Shown here: piece after piece, positions 20,797 to 30,725 of the stretch
How the letters are laid out: every line of letters starts with the position of its first letter
Numbering within the stretch: the stretch's first letter is position 1
Assembly (NCBI GenBank): GCA_021731295.1
Contig: JAKFXQ010000024.1
Coordinates: forward strand, 1 to 53,553
DNA from: Patescibacteria group bacterium
GTDB taxonomy: Bacteria > Patescibacteriota > Minisyncoccia > Phycocordibacterales > UBA2100
Length of the DNA: 53,553 nucleotides
Direction of reading: 5' to 3'
The notes under the pieces: model-generated
The model's input: only the letters and a program-made list of their open reading frames with translations
The model's database searches: none
Told to the model about the DNA's origin: nothing
Position numbers and translations under genes: made by a program

Positions 20797-21921
20797 ATGA
20801 AGACGAAAATCCTCTACATTGTGACGAAAGGCACCTGGGGCGGTGCACAACGCTACGTCTACGACCTGGCGACGTCCCTACCTGACACCTACGACGTCTC
20901 TGTCGCCTGTGGTTCAGAGGGTCGGCTGACCGAGAAGCTGCGCTCCCATGGCATCCGGACCATGCTGTTGCCGCATCTGCGGCGCGACGTCTTCTTTCTG
21001 CGTGAACTGGTCGCCCTCTATCACCTATTTCGTCTCCTGCGCGCTGAGCGCCCAGACATCGTTCACCTCAACAGCTCAAAAGCGGGCGGCATTGGGACAC
21101 TCGCCGCTCGCCTCGCCCGAGTACCGCGCATCATCTACACCGCGCACGGCTGGCCCTTCACTGAGGAGCGGCCGTGGATAGCTCGCAAACTGATTACCAC
21201 GCTTTCGTGGCTCACGATGCTTATGTCGCACAAAACCATCGTTTTATCGGATAGGGACAATAATCTTGCAAAGGACTGGTGGGGCGCTCACAAATTGACG
21301 CTGATTCCGAACGGCGTCCGTAATGGCAGTGCGTTTGATGCGACCCATGCGAGACGCATCCTCGAGTCGGAATATCATGTCCCCGCCACAGCCATTCTCA
21401 TCGGCACGATTGCAGAACTGCACCCCAACAAGGGTCTCTTTGATCTCATCACGACGCTCCCTATGCTCCCGGATGACGTGCACGCCTGCATCATCGGCGA
21501 CGGAGAACTGCGCGAACGTCTGCAGGAATACGTCATACAGCTCGGCGTAAAGAACCGCGTCTCGTTTCTCGGCTTCATACCGGATGCGGCAGCACTCATT
21601 GCGGGATTCGACGCATTCGTCCTCCCCTCCACGAAAGAAGGAATGCCGTTCGTCATTCTGGAAGCGGGTTCGCTCGAAGTTCCTATTATCGCGACACGAG
21701 TCGGCGGCATACCTGATGTAATCGAAGACGGCGTAGACGGCTTTCTGGTTCCTACCCACGACTGCGAGCAACTTGCCGCACGAATCAACGATACGTTGCG
21801 CTCAAAGGAAGCGGCACAAGAACGCGCGCGCCGTCTCTCTCAGAAGATTCGTGAACGCTTCAGTTTCGATACGGTGACACTGCCAAAGACGCTCGCGCTA
21901 TACGCGGATTCGCGCAACTGA
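20797..21921 (+). CDS. GT4 glycosyltransferase
   Basis: GGAQRY, PDIVHLNSSKAG, IPNG, EGMPFVILEA, GGIPDVI. Confidence 0.95.
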   Translation: MKTKILYIVTKGTWGGAQRYVYDLATSLPDTYDVSVACGSEGRLTEKLRSHGIRTMLLPHLRRDVFFLRELVALYHLFRLLRAERPDIVHLNSSKAGGIGTLAARLARVPRIIYTAHGWPFTEERPWIARKLITTLSWLTMLMSHKTIVLSDRDNNLAKDWWGAHKLTLIPNGVRNGSAFDATHARRILESEYHVPATAILIGTIAELHPNKGLFDLITTLPMLPDDVHACIIGDGELRERLQEYVIQLGVKNRVSFLGFIPDAAALIAGFDAFVLPSTKEGMPFVILEAGSLEVPIIATRVGGIPDVIEDGVDGFLVPTHDCEQLAARINDTLRSKEAAQERARRLSQKIRERFSFDTVTLPKTLALYADSRN

Positions 21922-23046
21922 TTCGGTTCTATCTTCGATGACGAGGCGCTCGCGTCCGCCGCGAATCAGCCCCATGAGAATGCCGAGGGCGAGGAACTCC
22001 GTAAGGAGATGAGAGCCGCCGTAGCTCATGAAGGGCGTCGTTGTTCCGGTAACGGGCAGGAGTCCGATGTTCATGCCTATATGCACGAGGAAATGACTGA
22101 CGTACATAATCGCGACACCCGCGCCGAAGAGCATCACGAAATTATCAGGCGCCTGAAGGGACAAGAAGAGCACGCGAACGATAACGATTGCATAGAGACC
22201 AAATAGGAATAGGACGCCAATGAACCCCCACTCTTCAGCGAACGCTGCGAATATGAAGTCTGTTTGATATTCAGGGAGGAACCGTAGTTTTGATTGTGTG
22301 CCAAGTCCAATGCCCTTCCCCAAGAGCTCGCCCGAGCCGACGGCGATGGTGGATTGATACGCGTTGTATCCGGCACCTTGAATGTCAGCAAGTGGATTCA
22401 AGAACGACACGATGCGGTCTTGCTGATAGTCGGCCAGTCCGTACTGCCACAAGACTCCGGCGGAAATAATGCCGATGGTGAGCAATGTTGCGAGATGCTT
22501 CCATGAAATGCCCGCGACCAAGACCATACCCAGCCACACGGAGGCAATGATGATGGCGCCACCGAAATCGGGCTGGAGAAACACCATGCCGCAAATAAGG
22601 GCGGCATATGCACCGGAGACGAGTATGTGACGGACATTCGCTATGGCCACGTGGCGGCGCGCGAAATACTTGGCGAGGACGATAATGAGAATGAGCTTGG
22701 CAAAGTCCGCCGGTTGCACGGCGAAGAAGCCGAGGTCGAAACGCTGCTGCGCACCTTTGACGACAACGCCGAAGAGAAACACAAAGGAGAGCATCGTGAT
22801 GGCGCCCGCGTAGAGCAGAGACACTATGGACGTGCGTCGCAAGAAGGTGTATTCGGGTAGCGTCGCGACGAGAAACGCGATGACACTAATGACTATCCAG
22901 ATAATCTGTCTATCGAAGAACGATGACGAATCGCCCTCGAACGGGCGCATGGTGAGGAGTCCCAAGAGCGCTATTGACAACGCGGCTATAAACGCGAACC
23001 AATCGACGTGCGAGAACACGCGCGAGAGACTCCCAAACGCACGCAT
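21898..23046 (-). CDS. rodA: SEDS peptidoglycan polymerase RodA
   Basis: QP.DFAK, QPDFG, GYNAYQS.IAVGSG, FLPEYQTDFIF, EEWG, PFMSYGGS. Confidence 0.92.
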   Translation of the reverse strand: MRAFGSLSRVFSHVDWFAFIAALSIALLGLLTMRPFEGDSSSFFDRQIIWIVISVIAFLVATLPEYTFLRRTSIVSLLYAGAITMLSFVFLFGVVVKGAQQRFDLGFFAVQPADFAKLILIIVLAKYFARRHVAIANVRHILVSGAYAALICGMVFLQPDFGGAIIIASVWLGMVLVAGISWKHLATLLTIGIISAGVLWQYGLADYQQDRIVSFLNPLADIQGAGYNAYQSTIAVGSGELLGKGIGLGTQSKLRFLPEYQTDFIFAAFAEEWGFIGVLFLFGLYAIVIVRVLFLSLQAPDNFVMLFGAGVAIMYVSHFLVHIGMNIGLLPVTGTTTPFMSYGGSHLLTEFLALGILMGLIRGGRERLVIEDRTESVARIRV

Positions 23047-23047
23047 A

Positions 23048-23827
23048 TTACGGAATGATTGGCGTTCGCAAAGGGAGAACGTCTAGACGGCCGACGGGAA
23101 CAGAGAACGGGTGCGGCCACGTGAATGCGAGGTCGTGACGGGAGCCGGGCTCCATGCGCGGCAGAATCGTGCGCGAAGACGCGATGGCGTTCCCCTGTGT
23201 ATCAAAAACAACCGCGACGAATTCCACATCAGTGTGTGCGCGAACGTCGGTGTTTTCAGCAATCGCGGTGACGCGCGGCTCGAGTGTCGAACCAGAAATC
23301 GCTTTTCCGTTAATGCGAATAGGTGTGGACGTATTTATAAGCCGCTCCCACACTAGTGGCGCAGTAAACTCGAAGAAGGTACGTGCCACCTCACGATTCC
23401 CCACTTCAATAGCACCTTCATACACGGGAGTCACTGCAGCAGGCATGATGTACGTGACACCTTCGCGCTCGGTTATCAAAATGTTGCGATCGTCATAAAA
23501 GCGAAAACGGTACGGCGCGGCAAGGACGCCAGCGCCTTCGTTCGGGTTCTCAACGTAGGCAACAGAGCTCCAGGTGCCTTCTCCACCGCCTACAGGACGC
23601 ACCACAAACCCACGCGCCCATTGCACCACATGCGGAATAAGTGTGCGCTCGTCCAAGAGTTGGCACGGCCCACTCATGTCTGGTGCTGTTTCGCCTTGAT
23701 TCTGGATACCGTCAAAGCACGTTGGCTGTTCATACAACGACATCACAAGTGGTACGCCAATCACGGTGGAGAGAAAGAGAATGACGCCGGTGAGATACGT
23801 AAAGCGCCTGCGTGATGCCCATGACAT
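23048..23827 (-). CDS. Membrane-anchored protein with CxDGxxN motif and Ig-like domains
   Basis: Start MSWASRRR, TM helix, TCFDGIQNQGE...C, beta-rich FxFYD-type segments. Confidence 0.75.
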   Translation of the reverse strand: MSWASRRRFTYLTGVILFLSTVIGVPLVMSLYEQPTCFDGIQNQGETAPDMSGPCQLLDERTLIPHVVQWARGFVVRPVGGGEGTWSSVAYVENPNEGAGVLAAPYRFRFYDDRNILITEREGVTYIMPAAVTPVYEGAIEVGNREVARTFFEFTAPLVWERLINTSTPIRINGKAISGSTLEPRVTAIAENTDVRAHTDVEFVAVVFDTQGNAIASSRTILPRMEPGSRHDLAFTWPHPFSVPVGRLDVLPLRTPIIP

Positions 23828-23982
23828 CTGCACATGATACTCGCCGTTCTCTCGGGCACAAAGGTCCTTGCCGAGGATGGCGTCTCTGGTAGCATCGATT
23901 CCACGGTGATGTTCCAGACGGCCGAAAGACGACTTTCTGCAATCTGGCACACCATTAGGGCGCCAGTACTGGGAGACTAACC

Positions 23983-24909
23983 ATGTCTGAAGAACGTTCT
24001 TTACCACCTGAAGTACCGTCCGGACAGCCGGACACGAAGGAGTTGGTTGTGGCGATGATTGATGGAGCACGTGTGATACGCGACGCACAAAGCGACACCT
24101 GCTTAGTCGTCATCGGTGGCGTGCACGGCAACGAGCCGGCCGGCATGCGCGCCATCGTGCGTCTCGCGACACTCGTTGAGAGCGGAGACTGGAAGCCCAC
24201 GTGCGCGATATTTGGGCTTGTCGGTCATCCACAGGCAGTCGCTGCCAACGCGCGATTCATCACCGAGAACCTCAATCGTGCGTTCGGTCATGCGACCGTT
24301 GGCACTGTCGAACATGCGCGCGCGGAAGAGATTTCGCTGTGGCTGCGCGCGCTCAAGGCCGCGTACCGGAAACTCTACGTTCTCGATTTGCATTCCGTGT
24401 CCGTTGGGGACACGCGCATCGCAATCGTGAACGACACTCCGGGGCGCCGCGCGCTCGTTGATGCCGTCTCGTCGATACCGTTGAAGCTCCTTGCTCCCAA
24501 TGGCGTCGTCCCCGGCACACTCCTTGGATTTGTTGAGGAGATAGGAGGCGCGGCAATCGCCATCGAGTGCGGCAACCACGAATCTCCGCTTGGGGAGACG
24601 GTCGCGATGGAGCATGCGGAGCGCATGCTGGAACATCTCGGCGTTCTTTCCACGAAGCGGACTTCGTTCATCGGCGTCAGCTATGAGGGAAAGTCGCGTA
24701 CGTACGCACTCATCGAGGCCATCAAGCCTGCCGTGGGATTTACGTGGACAATACCAATCTCATCGGAATTATTCGTTCCCGAAGGCACGGTCTTTGCCAC
24801 CGACAGCACGCGTGAGCACGTTGCGCCAACCGATTGCTATCTCATGATGCCGTCGAAAGAACCGCTCTCGACAGACTACGATGCCGGGTTCCTTGCGGCA
24901 CGTGTCTGA
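23983..24909 (+). CDS. Succinylglutamate desuccinylase/aspartoacylase family (M14-like)
   Basis: GVHGNEPAG, NLNRAF, LDLHS, IECG. Confidence 0.9.
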   Translation: MSEERSLPPEVPSGQPDTKELVVAMIDGARVIRDAQSDTCLVVIGGVHGNEPAGMRAIVRLATLVESGDWKPTCAIFGLVGHPQAVAANARFITENLNRAFGHATVGTVEHARAEEISLWLRALKAAYRKLYVLDLHSVSVGDTRIAIVNDTPGRRALVDAVSSIPLKLLAPNGVVPGTLLGFVEEIGGAAIAIECGNHESPLGETVAMEHAERMLEHLGVLSTKRTSFIGVSYEGKSRTYALIEAIKPAVGFTWTIPISSELFVPEGTVFATDSTREHVAPTDCYLMMPSKEPLSTDYDAGFLAARV

Positions 24910-24968
24910 GCCGACACAAGAATACGAAAGGGCCGCGAAATGCGGCCCTTTTCTGCTTCTGGCGGAGT

Positions 24969-25211
24969 TCATTCAAACTCCGGTATAAACCCGCGGACCA
25001 TGCCACGACTGATGATGCCGAGCTCCTCGTGTCCGACGATGAGGTACATCGGCGGATAGTCATCCTCGCGGCCAACGCGCCGCAAGACGATGGACTGCCC
25101 CGCCACAAGCTCAACGGAGTGAGCCTTGTCGGGGCGCGTCAGTACCGTGGCACTACCTACGGTGGCTGACGTCTCGCGCACGTCGTGCGCCGTGTGTACT
25201 CTATCCTGCAT
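24969..25211 (-). CDS. Small hypothetical protein
   Basis: ACAGGAG SD before ATG; shared hairpin at ~24927-24952. Confidence 0.55.
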   Translation of the reverse strand: MQDRVHTAHDVRETSATVGSATVLTRPDKAHSVELVAGQSIVLRRVGREDDYPPMYLIVGHEELGIISRGMVRGFIPEFE

Positions 25212-25263
25212 GCGTTACTCCTGTTCTGGTGAGTCGGCAGCATGGCCGACTCACCGAGATGGT

Positions 25264-25437
25264 TCACTGCTTTTCGCCGTAGACCCACACAGGGTACGGC
25301 CTATCCAGCGTCGGAGGCCGGAGAAGGTACCCCGGGTTGTTCCGACGTCGATTGTCGACGATCGGCCCAGGGACCTCCTTTGATGGCTCCGTATTTCCGG
25401 ACTGCACTACAGATACCAAAGAGCGTTCTTCGGGCAT
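25264..25437 (-). CDS. Small hypothetical protein (57 aa, MPEERSLVSVVQ...; not in ORF track)
   Basis: AGGGAG SD upstream, open frame to TGA at 25264. Confidence 0.4.
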   Translation of the reverse strand: MPEERSLVSVVQSGNTEPSKEVPGPIVDNRRRNNPGYLLRPPTLDRPYPVWVYGEKQ

Positions 25438-25522
25438 TTCTTCGTCTCCCTAAACTGGCACCCTAGTGTGGTGTGCCAGATCGCAGAAAGGTATCTTTCG
25501 GCCGTCCGACACATCACCTAAA

Positions 25523-25677
25523 GAAAAGCCCCCTCGTGGGGAGGGGGCTTTTCCAAGTTGTGCGAATGTTAGTGAGTCGCCACAGCTCGAAGAAGCCCCC
25601 GTCGAAGGAGGAGAATTCCGAGCGCAATTGCCGAACGACTCATACATGCACTGTAATCGAGCGCCATATTCTGTCAA
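25523..25677 (-). ncRNA. Candidate small RNA or 24-aa peptide unit with own promoter and terminator
   Basis: TTGACA-16-TACAGT, hairpin UGAGUCG...CGACUCA, terminator GAAAAGCCCCCUC...GAGGGGGCUUUUC. Confidence 0.45.
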
Positions 25678-25689
25678 TGCACTACAAGT

Positions 25690-25715
25690 GAAAAAGTCCC
25701 CTGCGGGACTTTTTC
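25690..25715 (-). terminator. Terminator after 5S
   Basis: GAAAAAGTCCC-4-GGGACTTTTTC. Confidence 0.85.
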
Positions 25716-25727
25716 TTTTAAATCGTC

Positions 25728-25838
25728 TGTGTTGGCGCCTAGCTACTCTCGCCTTGCGACTACCATCGCCTCAACTGGGCTTAACTGCCGTGTTCGGAAA
25801 GAGAACGGGTGTACCCCCAGCGACAAAGCACCAACACA
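25728..25838 (-). rRNA. rrf: 5S rRNA
   Basis: ACACCCGTTCTCTTTCCGAACACGGCAGTTAAG, GATGGTAGT; terminal helix TGTGTTGG/CCAACACA. Confidence 0.95.
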
Positions 25839-26098
25839 CACGATTCAATAAATGTGAATACGATTGAAATGAACTTCGGCCATTGGCAACCGAAGAACGA
25901 CACGAATTAGAATACTCAGGAAAACACTCACGCGACTCCCACAATCCCAGGTCACCCGTAGCTGCGCTACGGCCTACACCTTAGGAAGTTCTGTCGATTC
26001 ATTAGTACACCTCGGCTGAGTGCATTACTGCACGTGCACCTGGTGCCTATCAACGTGGTCATCTCCCACGAATCTCAACGATTCCTTATCTTGGAGTC

Positions 26099-26131
<33 letters not shown>

Positions 26132-26298
26132 AATCCCGACATAGCTACGGGGCGGTGCTCCTGGCGGAACAGCCCCCAGACCAGCGGTCAGTTCATTCCG
26201 GTCCTCTCGTACTAGGAACGAATCTCCTCAAGAATCAACGCCTACAGCAGATTAAGACCAACCTGTCTCACGACGGTTTGAACCCAGCTCACGTACCT

Positions 26299-26332
<34 letters not shown>

Positions 26333-26606
26333 TCTCCAGCCCCGGGATGAGATGAGCCGACATCGAGGTGCCGAACATTGTCGTCGATTTGGACTCTTAG
26401 ACAATACCAGCCTGTTATCCCCAGAGTAACTTTTATCCGTTAATCTTCGGCCGCATCTAATGCGGACCGTCGGTTCACTTTGCTCAGCTTTCGCTCCTGC
26501 TCGGGATGTACCCCTTGCAGTCAAGCCACCTTTTGCCAATGCACTATCGGCACGGTTTCCATTCGCGCCTAGGTGACCATAATAGGCTCCTCCGTTACTT
26601 TTTAGG

Positions 26607-26901
26607 CACTATGTTACGCGCACACACTGTGCGGGTGCATGTATTTCTACTGCACTCTCTGCATCGCTGCAGAGGTCGGACTATATCATCGTCGCGACTG
26701 CATTTACTCAGTCGGACGGTCAGCGTGTAGTCTCTGAGGGATTTCATGTGAATGAAACTTCCCTGCTGATTGTCTGACGACATAACGGATTCGTCAGGTG
26801 TTCCAGCATATAGCTAACTTTGCTTGCCGCGATTACTCACGGCAGTCCCCCTTTTATTTTGTACACATCCCCGGATAAGAGAATGTCTTAGGCGCTACTT
26901 A
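26607..26901 (-). mobile_element. Group I intron, no ORF, in 23S after E. coli position 2262 (295 nt)
   Basis: Exon U before and terminal G; P AUGCUGGAA, Q AAUCAGCAGG, R UCAGAGACUACA, S AUGAUAUAGUCC; P3 GUUAGC/GCUGAC; IGS AGGGGGAC pairs with ligated GUCCU|CCU through a U.G wobble. Confidence 0.93.
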
Positions 26902-27231
26902 AGGACAGCGCCCCACCGAAACTGCCCACCAGGTACGGTCTCTCTAGAGGTTTATCTCAAGAGGTTAGAAGATACAATTTCTAAGAGTGGTGTTGCATTG
27001 GCGACTCCACGAGAGCCAGAGCCCTCGCTTCAAAGTCTCCCACTTACGCTACGCGGAAAAATCGTATCCCCAATACCAAGTTGCAGTAAAGCTTCTGGGG
27101 TCTTTTCGTCTAGCTGCAGGAAGGCGGCATCTTCACCGCCCTTGTATTTTCACCGGGCAAATGCTCGAGACAGTTCCCAAGTCGTTATACCATTCGTGCG
27201 CGTCTGAACTTACCAGACAAGGAATTTCGCT

Positions 27232-27409
27232 CGGGTTTCCTTAAACCAGGACCATTTCTTCATCCACCGAGGTGGAGCATGACGTATGGCCTCTCATCTG
27301 AGTCATGTTGTTCTAGGACCGTGGTACGCGTTACCGAGTACCGAGGTAGCTTCGCACTTCACTCATATAATCGTCCTAGTCCTTCCGCGCCCCATTGCTG
27401 AGACGCAGA
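27232..27409 (-). mobile_element. Miniature group I-like intron in 23S after E. coli position 1931 (178 nt), apparently lacking P4-P6
   Basis: Removal restores CCUAAGGU|AGCGAAAUUCC; terminal G; P7 GAGGCCA/UGGUCC, P3 CAUGAC/GUCAUG, P8, J8/7 AAGAAA, P9. Confidence 0.85.
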
Positions 27410-28849
27410 ACCTTAGGACGATTATAGTTATCGCCGACATTGACCGGGGCTTATATAGCGCCAGCAATATGCATTGCTGCATAAGACCGACCATACTTGA
27501 CCTTCCGGCATTGGTCAGGCATCACCCCCTATACATCCTCTTTCGAGTTCGCAGGGAGCTGTGTTTTTGGTAAACAGTCGCTTGGGAATAATTATCTGCG
27601 ACCACTCAAATAAATGAGTGGCTGGGCTTATTGCGAACGTACGCCCGCTTTCTTGCCGAGTTCCTTGAGCATCTCTCACCCGTTCGCCTTGGTCTACTCG
27701 ACCTGAACACCTGTGTCGGTTTGCGGTACGGTTCATCTAGTGTTGAAGCTTAGAAGCTTTTCTAGGAAGCGCGCTCATGTGGATTCTCTTCGACGAATCT
27801 CCGATTCTCGCCCGTACTCGGAGTAATGCTGCCCGGATTTGCCTAGGCTGCCTCCCTATACGATCGACGTAAATCCTTAATACGCCCACACTACTGCACT
27901 CCGTCACTCCATCGCACACTAAACAAGTCACGGAATATTAACCGTGAATCCATCATCTGCGGCTGTCGCCATCGACTTAGGACCGACTAACCCTTCGTTG
28001 ATCTCCATTGCGAAGGAAACCTTGTTCTTTCGGCGCCCCGGAGTCTCACCGGGGTTGCGGTTACTCGTGCCAACATTATCACTTCCCGTCGCTCCACTAT
28101 GGGTCGCCCCTTTAGCTTCATCGCAACGAGAACGCTCTCCTACCACGTCATCTATCCGAAGACAGATGACATCCGCAGTTTCGGTACTACACTTAGCCCC
28201 GATCATTTGTGGCGCAGAATCTCTGAGTGAGTGAGCTGTTACGCTTTCTTTGAATGATGGCTGCTTCTAAGCCAACATCCTCACTGTCTGTGAAATTCCA
28301 CCTCCTCGCTTGCACTTAGTGTAGATTTAGGGACCTTAACTGGCGATCTGGGCTGTTTCCCTTTTGACGTGTGGAGCTTCGCCCCCACCGTCTAACTGCC
28401 GTATTCTTGACCTCTGGTATTCGGAGTTTGATAGGTTCAGTGGCCTTGCGGCCGATCTAAACCTTCCAGTGCTCTACCCCCAGAGGGAACATACGACGCC
28501 AGCCCGAAAGCTGTTTCGGAGAGAACCAGCTATTACCAGGTTCGATAAGCTTTTCACTCCAACCCACAAGTCATCCCAAGATTTTGCACTATCTACGGGT
28601 TCGGCCCTCCCGCCGTACTTCTACGACGTTCAGCCTGCTCATGGGTAGCTCACCTGGCTTCGGGTCTAATACGTACTACTAGTCGCGCTATTCACACTCG
28701 CTTTCGCTGCGGCTCCATCCGAAAAGACTTAGCCATGCAGTACGCATTAACTCGTTGGCTCATTCTTCAATAGGCACGCCGTCGAGGACTTGCGCCCTCT
28801 CCGACTCCTTGTAGACATATGGTTTCAGGTCTATTTCACTCCCCTTACC

Positions 28850-28892
<43 letters not shown>

Positions 28893-29847
28893 ATCTCTAA
28901 AAGTATGTAGCCTTACCAGTTAGTTCTGGCGAATTCACCCGAGCTATTCGTGTCTCGAGTTACTCAAGAACTACAGCCATAGAGATGCATCGTTTTCGGA
29001 TACGGGGCTATTACCCGCTGTGGCCCGGCTTCCCAACCGGTTCTCCTAACTACGCATTTTGTAACTCTACGCCCTTACGGGCACGCTGTAGCCTTATGAC
29101 CCCCATCCCCAAAATCATCCCGCGACTTGCGTCGCGTTCTGATTTTGTGGCTGAGTTTGGGCTCCTCCCTTTTCGCTCGCCGCTACTAAGGGAATAACTA
29201 TTGTTCTCTTTTCCTCTTGGTACTGAGATGTTTCACTTCCCGAGGTGCACTCTCATTACTTTTTAGGGTTATGAGTCATACAGGTTCACTGTACGGGGTT
29301 ACCCCATTCGGAAATCTCCGGATCGAAGGTTGCTGGGCACCTCCCCGAAGCGTATCGCCGCCATGCTGCGTCCTTCATCGCCTTTTAGAGTCTAGGCATC
29401 CACCATACGCCCTTACTCAGAACTCCTGCGGCGCTAGGCCGTATCGCACCTTTCGGTGTGACCAGGGATTCTGAGAACCGCGTTTTTGTGTCTTGTATCC
29501 AACACCGCGTCAAACCGCCTATCTGAAAGATAAGTGGGTGGACCGAATCTGACTGTTGCCAGACTCGGTCCACGGGTCAAGCCGTACGCGAAACATACCT
29601 CGGCTTGACGCGGTGTTGGAATTTTTTCCTGCATCTCACGAGGCAAGACGGCCTCATGAGAAGTAATCCCTTCGGCCTCTCGGCCGACGGGTTTTTGATT
29701 CTTTTTCGTGTCGTTCTTCAGTTGTCAATGAACGTCACGCAGGGTCAAGAAAAAAGCCGCTTGGGAGCGGCGCGTTCTGCACAGACAAATGTCTAGGCTA
29801 ATCGCGCCACGTTCCGTACTGCTTTCCGAACACCATACGTAGGCCGG

Positions 29848-29876
29848 AGTATAGACGTGCTCCCAGTCTCCGTCAA
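29848..29876 (-). promoter_or_regulatory. Sigma70 promoter of the 23S-5S unit
   Basis: TTGACG-17 nt-TATACT on the minus strand. Confidence 0.75.
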
Positions 29877-29937
29877 GCCCTGGGAAAATGGCCTATTTTC
29901 AAGGCATCTGTGGATTCCCTGTTGATAGAAAGTGGAT

Positions 29938-30036
29938 AGCAAAAAGGCCCCCTTTCGGGGGCCTTTTTGCGAAGAGTGCGGGGTCGAACCGCGACTAATC
30001 CTGATGATGCGAGACTTCCGAGCGGATACGCTCGAT
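29938..30036. repeat. 99-bp direct repeat, copy 1
   Basis: Identical to 30726-30824; terminator plus last codons of the 30783-31475 gene. Confidence 0.93.
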
Positions 30037-30118
30037 TACCACCCTATTACTGCCCCTTCTTTTTCTTTGCTCATAATCATAGAGATTATTATACACGCAT
30101 TAAGCTGATGTGACGTAA

Positions 30119-30643
30119 TTATCGAAACAAGATAACAAAAGCCAAAATCATCAATAGACCAACGCCGATACCAAGAAAAACTGTTTGAACTACCCACGTC
30201 CATGTTGGCGAAGCGCTAACACCTTCTTTCCCTTGTGATACTCCAGAATGAAAGGCTACCCCTACATCAAAATCAACTTCGGGTTTATTCAGAAGCTTGC
30301 CCCAATTAGTCCATCGAGCATTGTTAGCGGCCATCACATCATCCCAGAATTTCTCCTTACGTTTGATGTGTAGCAAGCCTACAATTAATGATATGACGAG
30401 CGAAGAAAGAGCGACAGCTACCGTCAACTTCATCCCGAACACACCTGTTTCGGGTCCGAGGCCCTGACCAAAGAAGGCCAGAAAAGCACCTCCGAAAGTG
30501 AAAAGCAGGGCGGCAATTTGAACTTCAAGACGGTTAAATTCATCAGAAAGCTCACATCCGCGGCGACAAGCAAAAACCATCTGCTGGTAGGCACTCGTCG
30601 CGTAATCGATGGCTCTCGTCCTCTTACTTTCTTCTCCATTCAT
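30119..30643 (-). CDS. AT-rich three-TM membrane protein between direct repeats
   Basis: 174-aa ORF, two TMs plus a C-terminal TM, low GC. Confidence 0.8.
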   Translation of the reverse strand: MNGEESKRTRAIDYATSAYQQMVFACRRGCELSDEFNRLEVQIAALLFTFGGAFLAFFGQGLGPETGVFGMKLTVAVALSSLVISLIVGLLHIKRKEKFWDDVMAANNARWTNWGKLLNKPEVDFDVGVAFHSGVSQGKEGVSASPTWTWVVQTVFLGIGVGLLMILAFVILFR

Positions 30644-30725
30644 AGGACGAGCATCCTACAATAGACGTGACTTTCTAGCAAGAAAGACGATTATTATTTA
30701 TGTGATGACGGGATACGTCCTGACA

